Part shown: positions 54,103 through 64,000 of the stretch, piece after piece | Position numbering within the stretch: position 1 is the first letter of the stretch | How the letters are laid out: every line of letters begins with the position of its first letter | Assembly: GCF_006345805.1 (NCBI RefSeq) | Contig: NC_043013.1 | Coordinates: 20,646,001 to 20,710,000, forward strand | Direction of reading: 5' to 3' | Length of the DNA: 64,000 nucleotides | From: Octopus sinensis | Lineage: Eukaryota | Notes under the pieces: model-generated | What the model was told of the DNA's origin: nothing | Database searches by the model: none | Seen by the model: only the letters and a program-made list of their open reading frames with translations | Translations under genes and position numbers: made by a program

Positions 54103-54660
54103 GTTGTATGTGTGTGAAAACGGGGGGAGGGCTGATTCGTTGATCCCTGTAGCAATTCTTACTAACCACATAAGCTCGTCTAGTTTCATATAAATTTTCA
54201 AACATTGGAAGCCAATATTTTCTCTCTTTTTTTTTTTTTAGAATTTAACTTTAATATACAAATTTATATATACATTAAACTGTATTCCCTGCGAAGCTCT
54301 ATTACACATGGCTGCCAGTGCTGTGAGGTTGTTGCTTCAGATAATTATTTCAGTTAAATATAGCATTTTCGTTTTGTACCAGTACGGCATAACAGTTATT
54401 GCTAACAAAAACAAAAAGTTCATTTGCCATTGTTATGCAGTTTGCTCACCCAGTAAAGGGCGCACACATGCACATTTAGGGAGGCTTTGACAATGATTCA
54501 CCGGGGAAACAACAATTATCAAGTACTAAACTATGAAGATTTATTGAAGAAAACATATATAAATGTATCCACACACTGCGTTTATCGAAAACAACTGAAA
54601 GCGTAGCCTGCGTTGTTTCTGTATCAAAAGATGGTCGCTCATCTGGTACTCATTGAAAAG

Positions 54661-55044
54661 TGGAGGCGCAATGGCCCAGTGGTTAGGGCAGCGGACTCAC
54701 GTTCGTAGGATCGCGGTTTCGATTCCCAGACCGGGCGTTGTGAGTGTTTATTGAGCGAAAACACCTAAAACTCCACGAGGCTCCGGCAGGGATGGTGGTG
54801 ATCCCTACTGTACTCTTTCACCACAACTTTCTCTCACTCTTACTTCCTGTTTCTGTTGTACCTGTATTTCAAAGGGCCGGCCTTGTCACTCTCTGTGTCA
54901 CGCTGAATATCTCCGAGAACTACGTTAAGGGTACACGTGTCTGTGGAGTGCTCAGCCACTTACACGTTAATTTCATGAGCAGGCTGTTCCGTTGATCGGA
55001 TCAACCGGAACCCTCGTCGTCGTAACCGACGGAGTGCTTCCACC
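54661..55044 (+). mobile_element. Young tRNA-derived SINE family A, full length
   Basis: A box at 54672 and B box at 54715; 15-bp TSD actcattgaaaagtg at 54648-54662 and 55045-55059. Confidence 0.95.
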
Positions 55045-55665
55045 ACTCATTGAAAAGTGAAGGAAATTGGAATACGATGATTACTTAATGCTCTTTATAT
55101 ATACACTCTATATAATTTATGCATAATTTTATAGACTTAATACACAGCACTCTCCATCTTTCTCTCACTCTTCGGCCTACCGTCTTTTATCTCACACCTT
55201 TTCTTTCCCTCCTCGCCTTTCCATTCAACTAATCTCGCAAAAGCGTTACAGACTGGCTAAGTAACGGAGGAGTACTCACTACCACCAAGACCCACCTTCT
55301 TTTCCCCTTCTACCTTTCCCTCTCCCATCCCTCCCATCCCCCTTCTCCCTCCCATCCTACTTCCCCTCCAATTGATCACGTGGAAGCGTTACAAACGGTC
55401 TAGGTAAATGAGAAACAAGCAGAATTATTATAAGATTCATTTTTTTCCCTCATCTACATCTGTATACATCATTATCTTATCTTACTCAATATTAGAAAGA
55501 TTGAAGCATGTTTATTACCATTCCTGAACGTATTGAACTTATCTTGTACGCGACTTTGCGACCTCTCTACATATGTGTGGTTGTGTGCCTGTTTCTGTAT
55601 ACATATATATATATATGTATGTATTTATATATTTGGCTAAACTGGCAAAATGACCATTCCTAAAT

Positions 55666-55713
<48 letters not shown>

Positions 55714-55775
55714 TATTATATATATATATATAGATAAGAAAGTTGGTTTGTGAAAACACGTGGTTGAATATATAG

Positions 55776-56064
55776 AAAATAATAAAAAGTGAAAAAACTA
55801 CAGAAGGCTTAAAGGTTAAAAAATATATATTTGAGTCAATATGTCTGAAGAATATTAAAATTTTTTTTCTTACAATGACATAGTTTAGAAGAAAGACCGG
55901 TTTCGCGTTTAGAACGACGTTAGAAATTTGAAATGCTAAACGCGAAACCGGTCTTTCTTCTAAACTATGTCATTGTAAGAAAAAATTTTAATATTCTTCA
56001 GACATATTGACTCAAATATATATTTTTTAACCTTTAAGCCTTCTGTAGTTTTTTCACTTTTTAC

Positions 56065-56070
<6 letters not shown>
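55776..56070. repeat. Near-perfect inverted repeat (~136-bp arms, 23-nt spacer) in (TA)n; probable inverted Penelope pLTR remnant
   Basis: 55776-55912 pairs with 55936-56070. Each arm carries the hammerhead 3' half GAAAC-CG-GUC next to the spacer. Confidence 0.9.
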
Positions 56071-56129
<59 letters not shown>

Positions 56130-56919
56130 TCGAATTTATTTTCATGCAGTTTGAGTGAGCTAAGTTTCCATAGCTCCGACGGCCGACAGCATGAAAAGTG
56201 GTCCGACAAATTTTATTAATATCTGAAAAAATATTTTTACAGTTGAGAGTTATGAGAGGTAATAGAGTATGAGAGAGTGAGCTTAATACGTGTTTCAGTT
56301 CCGAACGTTATGAAGTACGTTTTAAGGTTAAATTACTTGACACAATTATAATATTTAGAGAAAGATTTTTTTCAAAATATTTATTTTGGAAATTACTTCT
56401 GGAAATAGTTACAATATTTAGAGTAATATTTTTTTCCAAACGTTAGAATTAACAAGAAAACTTTTTAGAGGGTAGTGTTATGGTTTACAGTTATAATATT
56501 TAGAGACAAGTTTTTTTTCCAAACTGTTAGGATTAAGAAAGAAACTTTTTTAGAGAGTAGAATGGCACTAACCTTTAAGAAGATATTTCACAAATTGTGT
56601 ATAAACTTTAATAAATGTCCAAAAGAATTTCCAAGCGCTTTCAGTTCTCAGAGTTATAAAACAGGTGTTATGGTTTTAAAACAGAAACAGCTACCGAGAA
56701 TAAGCATGAGGAATAGTAGTAGTGTCATTGAATAGTGAAAGAGAGTGTCGAAAGAATAAAGTTGAAAAAGTGTGACACACTGACACAGCGACATTAGCTT
56801 TCGCATTTAAGTGAGAGAGGGGTAAAGTACGACGAATAGTAGAAGTGTCAATGAATAATGAAAGGAGAATAAAGCACCAGGATTACCAGCAGTGCTTTCG
56901 CATTAATTATATATATATA

Positions 56920-56969
<50 letters not shown>

Positions 56970-57025
56970 AAGAAAGCAAAAATAAAACAAACATGATAAA
57001 AGCAAAAAGCAAAATGTAAAAGAAT

Positions 57026-57090
57026 TCAGTGTTCAGTATATTGGTTCAGTACGTTGGTTCAGTATGTTAGTTCAGTGTTCAGTATGTTGG
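57026..57090. repeat. Short minisatellite of gttcagt(atgttg) units
   Basis: Six ttcagt cores with 7- or 13-bp spacing. Confidence 0.8.
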
Positions 57091-57160
57091 CCACAGAAAT
57101 TTCTGTCAACGAGACACAGTTAAACAAAGTTGCACATCATCTCCCTCTTTCCCTCACATG

Positions 57161-57204
<44 letters not shown>

Positions 57205-57482
57205 ATGACACCCACTGCCACCGTCAACATTACTACTTTTAATAAAACTTCATCAACTCTCCCTAAATTTCTTTGTCTCTCTTCCTCTCCCTCTTTTTCT
57301 TTTTCTCTCTCTTTCTCCGTCTGTCTGTCTTAGCCACCGCCCTCACCATCTCTATACCCCAGCATAACAAACAGTAGAAGTGTAATTGAATAGTGAGAGA
57401 GGGGGAGAAAGTGTGACATACTGACACACAGAAATTAGTTTTCGAATTTACCATATGATATATATATATACATATAGATGGA

Positions 57483-57518
<36 letters not shown>

Positions 57519-57533
57519 TATATATATATATAG

Positions 57534-57585
<52 letters not shown>

Positions 57586-57587
57586 GG

Positions 57588-57618
<31 letters not shown>

Positions 57619-60600
57619 GATATGTGTGCGTGTATGTATTCATATATATAACTCACACACACATGTCTTTGTATGCCTGTGTGTTCCACTTCTCTGTTTT
57701 CTGTGGTAATGTCACTCAAAGAATATTTACTTAAAAACAACAATAAGAACAAAACTGAGTAACAAAGGGCTGTTTGGGACAGATGCTAAATCCCTTACGG
57801 AATGTTAGATATTTCTTCAAATGAAGTCGGCTTCTTTTGTAGTTGAAATCACCTGGTGGATTTTGAATGACCCGTTAAAACTCCTTTATAACGAAAACAT
57901 TTACTTGTATACAATATGGCGAATAGATGAAACGTTTCGCTGGTGGCAATCAGATGCAACATATATATGTTTGTAGAAGAATATTAACCACACTTAATAT
58001 ATTCAAGTAATCTGAAAACTTGCTTTAAGAGATGATCTCAAAAACTATCATTCAGATATATAAACCGTTGTGATTATATATAATAATAAATTGAACCAGG
58101 CGTATTGTGAAACAAGAACTGTGTTTAAAGACTGAAAATGATAATTCCAATTACAGTGGACTGTTAAAAAGTTGGCAAACGGATTTTAAATTCATCCATC
58201 CTCTTCTAATTTTGTAATTTCTAAGAACAATTCATACTACCGAGACCGGTGAATATTTTTCGGAATTGATGGTAAATCTATTGGGCTTTTTCTGAAAGAT
58301 TTATCCACCCCACTAAAATGTAGCTCGTGTTGCGTCTGAATGGAAAGATAGCCGCTCACCTACTACTCATTCAAAACTGAAACTGGAATACGATGATTAT
58401 GTAATGCATTTTATATACTTTATGCACCACCTTCGTCATTTCTCTCCCTTTCTCTCTCTCTTATAGAGACTTGATATCTCACATTTGTTTGGTGGTGCAA
58501 ATCTCCACGAGTATAACTTTATCATTCATTTTTCTGGGCTTGATAAAATAAAGCACCAGTTGAATTTTGGGTTAGATGTAAACGTCTGTGCCCCTTTCCC
58601 TAAATTTAAGGCCTCATACCTATCTTTGAAATCGATATTAATGAATTCGCTTGCATGGCTCAGTGGATAAAGTGCTAAATGATGATAAATCAATATTTCT
58701 AGTTAATTCTATGAAACGGAATTGACTATTAATCACCTAATTAAATTCTAACCAATTAACAACAGCTCAAATGTAATCGGAGAATGGTGATTTGATTTAA
58801 TTATTAGATAATATATAATTACAGCCATTAATTGTTGTTGTTTACTCCTAAGACTGTCCTTAAAGAGTGAATAAGTGTCACTGTAGCCTCATCATCTGGT
58901 CTATGTTTGTTCAGGTATAATTTACTCCCTTTAAGGGAGATTTGGATGCTGTTTCTAGAGGTCCAGCGCCTCGTGCAACCCTCTTCTTTGGCTTGTACAG
59001 GCATCACTTTATGGCTTTGTTGAACCCTCTATCATCTCCCACTAACAAGACACACGATGAAAGTATCCCCGCCTTGCTCATCCCATGGATTTATGCATTA
59101 CGAATACATTGTTCAACGCATTGTTCTAATTTTAAGACGATAGATTGTGATTAGAGGGAGACTTGTCTCACATTTCTAGCAGAGAGTGCGACCACATCAG
59201 GGCTACTTCACTGGCCCGGTTGTCTTCACTGTGCTATATAGTTGTTTTGTGTGGGTGTATGTACAATGTACGCGTGTTGCTAAGGTTAATATAATGTTGA
59301 CGACAACAACCTCTACACTACACATGATGGCCGTGATGCAATGCTCACAGTAAGACTGCACTGCTACGAACTAAATGTCCAATATTGTAGCTATTTGCCT
59401 GAATGTGCACGTAGATAGAAAGACAAATAAATAAACAGAGAGATACATCGATACATAGAAAGATTAAGGGATGGCGAGTTAGAGAGAGAGAGAGAGAGAG
59501 GGATGATTCAGTTGTTTTGCCACTATGACATAAAGTAATCTCCTGATGTTTATATATATTGCTAAGAACAACATCAAACACAATGAGTCACCAAAGCTGA
59601 ATGAAGGTCGGATAAGCGATAAAATAATATATCAAATATATCAATTATTTGCTTTACTGACGACACTAATGTTTTTCCGTTTTTCCTCTTTTTTTTGCAG
59701 TGTATTACAGAGGAGTAAAGGAGTTTACAGTCAGTAATTATGTTACGGCTGTGTTATTTGGTTTGGTTTGGTTTGGTTACTAGAGGTAGGAAATGTAGAA
59801 TTGAAATTTAAAGGAAATCGGATCATATTTTTAAACAAAATGTTATAAAATTGTAAGGAAGAAAAGAGAATATTGAACATAAGAAAAAGCAGGTAGTTCA
59901 TAAAGAGAACCAAAAGGGAGTTAGTATATGTATACCACTTTAAAAAAAGTCATCGTTTTTTACCATTTAGCTGACAATGGTAACTCGATAAACAAAGCAG
60001 CAAATCGTTAACAGTACTGGAAATCCAGATAAAAAGAATTATTTGTATAAATATACTTTTAATAATGCTTCCTGTGTTTTCTGTAGGACTGCATGATATA
60101 ATTACGAGATAATGCTTTGTTGAATAGCACCTAAGACATGCGCTGTGTTATGTTTCTGTCAAGTAGAATAAGTTAGAAGACAATGCCTACCTAATAATGT
60201 CACAGTCCACAGCCATTCATGTCATTCGCTTGATAGAATTCAACAACAGGATTGCAGCAATTGTTTAATACAATAAGCTCTATCCCAAACTCTAAAATGG
60301 CGTATTATTGTTTAATGTATTGGAATATACAGAGTCCCCTGTCATTATCTGTGTAGCCAGGTTCATACAATATTGGAAACATGGAGAATTGTTGTGTTAA
60401 TTATCAATACAATCGCATTAAAGGTTGAAATGTTAAAGCATCCTGAAGTTAATCAAGTGATGATTTGTGATTTAAATCATAATTGAATAGGGTATGGAGT
60501 TTGTTGGTTCTGAACAGTGAGCTCAGAAATTAGCGATTCACAAATCTTTTAAGAATTTTCTCTCAATATCAGCATGAAGATGGATACATGTACCTGATCA

Positions 60601-61479
60601 CTTCCAACTGATATCGAACAGTCATCACACACTTGACATGTAGCTAGTGAGAACATAATGCAATAGAACATCCGTTCAAGATAATTACGGATTCCTGTTT
60701 CTGTCTGATTTCGAAGTTTGCAAGTGAGATGTACCAGACTGTACCTTGTTACTTATTAACCTCTAGTGAAGATGATACAATTAAATTTATAGGTTCTGAT
60801 GGAAAAACAGAGTCAGAGAAAGGAGTAAAGATTTAAGTAGCTTTAGAGAGACAATATTACATCTGCTGTTGAACCTACAATATGAACTATTGTCCCTTTA
60901 ACTGACCTTTGCTTGCATAGAATAGTTATTAAATATTTAAAGATGTTCATATAATTTGCAAAGAAATTAGATACCAAATTGTATCAGTGGCTCTCAAATG
61001 TTATCTGTTGCTATGTTCCATTGCAGAAGTATAAATCCTATATTCATTTATTAATTATATATTTCTGGCTTAGGTACAATGCCAATAAGTCATAGAGATA
61101 CCGTCAATTAAATTGATTCCAATATGCGCCTGACCAAATGCTTTGTAGACCCCACAAGAAAATCACTGCGCTCTTGAACGTGTCAATTTGAAACTCAATG
61201 TTGTTTTTTGTTATGACTATAAATTCCAGTTTGTACGGAAAAAGCTACATTGATTCCAAAATCAGTGGTGTTTGTGACAAGCATTGACAAGGAAAAGGGA
61301 TTGCTGTGAATATAGTGACCCAGATACATTACTGGTACAAATTTACAAATTTATCACTAACAGATAGAAATACTGATACTGTCAATATTTGAATTCTGAA
61401 TGCAACTCAGTAAGTTTGTATCTTCTATGCTAACACGTCTGCCAATCGACATTTAGTAGCCTCCCACATTTTGCATTCT

Positions 61480-62250
61480 AGCAGTCCTTCTAGATTCCAC
61501 CATCGTCGCGTACCACTACTCTAAAATTCCACTATTATTCTTCTGAGACTTCTGAGAGTCTATCACTTCTTGTTTTGCATCAGTTCTGACATTGTTCCAT
61601 TTCAGGTATTTCTGTACGTCTGTCATTCTAACACGCTTCTTTTGAAGAATATTCGTGAATTAAGATGTACAGAATCTATCTTGAAAGTACATTCTACAAA
61701 CATTCCCCAGAATATTTCTCCGAGATAAATAAATACAGCTGAACACTCCATAGATTTCTGAATATTTTCATAATTTTCCTTCAGAGGTTTTGTCTTTGGA
61801 ATCGAAGCAAAGAAATACCTTGCTATTGCAAACTACTTCCTTATGTAATCACATTAAGGGTCCACAGCCTGTATAGATCAATATGATATAGAGCAAAGCT
61901 GGAGCCGCTGGCTGAATCTGTAGAGTACCATATTAAATATTTTATGCAATTTAGATACATTGGGTTGCGTTTTCGATTCAGATCCGACATGACTCATTAA
62001 CACTACAACTCATATTCACAGCCAAGTCGATGCAATCAAGCCATCTCCTCCTCATTCTTCCTCTGCAAGTAATCAACTATAAAACATCATTCACGATGTG
62101 GTAAATTATGACATTGTTTACAGATGTCCGACTGAGCAGCCAGAGGTAGAGTTCAGCTTTCTAACCACAATGAGTAGAAATGAGACAATAAAGACAAAAC
62201 TTGCCGGTGTTTGTTCGTCAAGAAAGAGAAAAGCAACATTTCCTTTTTAT
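61480..62250 (-). mobile_element. Very old LINE (RTE-like) RT fragment
   Basis: Collinear minus-strand remnants IFNMVL, IPKTK and VFIYLGEI resemble RT subdomains 4-7; there are many stops. Confidence 0.4.
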
Positions 62251-63646
62251 GAGATTAACGTGATCATTACATTATTGAGCATTACATTTCTAGGAAATCT
62301 GAGAACACCGTTTCTTTATATATGATATTAGCGACGGAAACTGTATTAATACTAGAAAGCAGTCTTTATATCCTAGTCAACATGGCTGTGGTATTTAGAG
62401 CACCGAATATTGCGGTATTTGTCTCCGAGGTCTTTTCGTATTGATTTACGTTGTGAAAGCAGACATTTATCGTAGCAGACGACAATCATCTGCTACCACG
62501 GCTAATGTTTAGTTTTTAAAAAGAAATTGCTGCTTGTTTGCAATACCAATAACTCAAAGATCAATTCTATTCTATATAATGCTGGCAGTAACATTTGGAT
62601 GGTACACAGGATTGAACTTCTGCCACTGAGAAGGCTCACCACGCTGAAATCACGTGATCTACTAGTTCCGGGGATCATATCAGCCGGTTCTCGTCTACTG
62701 CGATAGATTTGTGTTTTTAACAGCGTACGTTAATATGAGAGAATCTCAAAAGATGAATACAGCAGTATCCGGCGCTTTGGTACATTCACGTTTAGTGGGA
62801 AGACTACGGTTCAAAGGAGTAAACGGTTTGCGTGTTGGGTAGAGTGGATTTTTTTATAAGCGGAAGAACCAGCAGGAACCTCAGCTCGTTTCAGAAGGAC
62901 TGTGTGCGTGTGTGTGTGTGTGTGCGCGCGCACATTATATCATAAACCCTATGTGTGGTTGTATATACATAAAAAATATCTGGCTGAAAACTGTGTCCCT
63001 GTATATTTTAATGTGTGTGTTTATAAGTATGTATTCGTGTGGATACTTATGTAATACTGTTTGTGTATAGAATGTCTGAGACAAAATTCCATTCCAATGA
63101 AGATTGTTCGATAAGCGATTGTGAAATTGATTAAAGAAACTCATTGGAGACAATAACAACTTCATACAAATAACAAATACTCTAAAACCAAATTAAAAAT
63201 TTAGCATTTCCCTGCAGAATCTGCGACACAATGATGCCTTCTCTTTTGACGAATCGCTCAAATGTTAGCTTTCGAAATTTTGAAGAATGGGATTGAGCTT
63301 TTTGTAGGGGAAGTGGAGCTGGTATCAGTTTTGTAATTGTCTTGTCTTCACATAATATATATTTTTTTTTATTTCTAAACTGTGTCAAATAAATCTCTTG
63401 CCTTTATCGCCGATATTAAATGCTTGATCTTCCCCCTTTCCGTTTTTTCCTTTCTTTGCCTCTTTCAACATTACCCATAAATTCTTCTTTCGTCTCCCAC
63501 CCATGCACTTTTGACGTTAACATTTATCATTTTGGGATAAAAGGAAATTTTTATACAGAAGAATTGCAACTCTGTTTATAACTACCAAACTCCAGCCAGG
63601 TGCAAAACCCTTAGAAGCCAGATCCCAGAACTTGAAATACTTTGTT

Positions 63647-63940
63647 ACATATTTTATCTTCTTGTCAAAGACTCCATTATTTGATCGGGATATATTCATA
63701 TAAACTAATTTTCACCTTTTTATCATTATAAAAAAATGTATTACCTGTTCTAAAAGCTTTTATCTAAACTATTTCTTGACTCATCACAGACGATGCACAT
63801 ATTTTATCTCCTTGTCAAAGACTCTATTCGGAATATATTCATATAAACTAATTCTTTCCCCATATCATTATTAAAAAAATATTTTATTACCTGACTGGAA
63901 TGGTTTTATGTAATGTTTTGACTCATCACAGAGGATACGC
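63647..63940. repeat. Diverged ~150-bp tandem duplication (2 copies)
   Basis: acatattttatct(t/c)cttgtcaaagactc...atatattcatataaactaatt...tattacctg...ttgactcatcacaga occurs at 63647 and at about 63797. Confidence 0.9.
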
Positions 63941-64000
63941 AATGCCTCAAACCTTTTCAAACTCAAACTAAGTCATTTGATTTGAATACATTTTTGTAAA

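Noticed and set aside
54661-54735. tRNA-like sequence with A and B boxes
   Set aside because: It is the head of a SINE with a TSD and multiple copies, not a tRNA gene.
58680-58835. TAAT/ATTA homeodomain-site cluster (similar at 180-290)
   Set aside because: Expected frequently in AT-rich DNA; it cannot be separated from background without conservation data.

Overview
Eukaryotic, AT-rich, microsatellite-saturated DNA. The SINE families look like those of Octopus (coleoid cephalopod); this is recognition from memory, not a database result. I find no confidently identifiable host protein-coding exon. Nearly all ORFs in the track are microsatellite translations or transposon debris, so the window is probably intronic or intergenic. 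Contents: three SINE families (the youngest with intact target-site duplications), a DD36E-type Tc1 relic, a DD37D (maT) relic, fold-back mariner derivatives, R4/Dong-like LINE ends in (TAA)n arrays, RTE-like fragments and a decayed Penelope-like element. The most interesting signal is a set of short elements, mostly in (TA)n arrays, that carry whole or half minimal hammerhead-ribozyme motifs. One is a ~205-bp family with fixed ends; others are fold-back hairpins whose breakpoints fall in ribozyme helix II. Unique sequence also holds a dense cluster of CAGGTG/CAGGTA (Snail/ZEB-type) sites at 21-27 kb, a perfect palindromic estrogen-response element, CRE and Onecut-like clusters, and scattered strong plus-strand splice signals.
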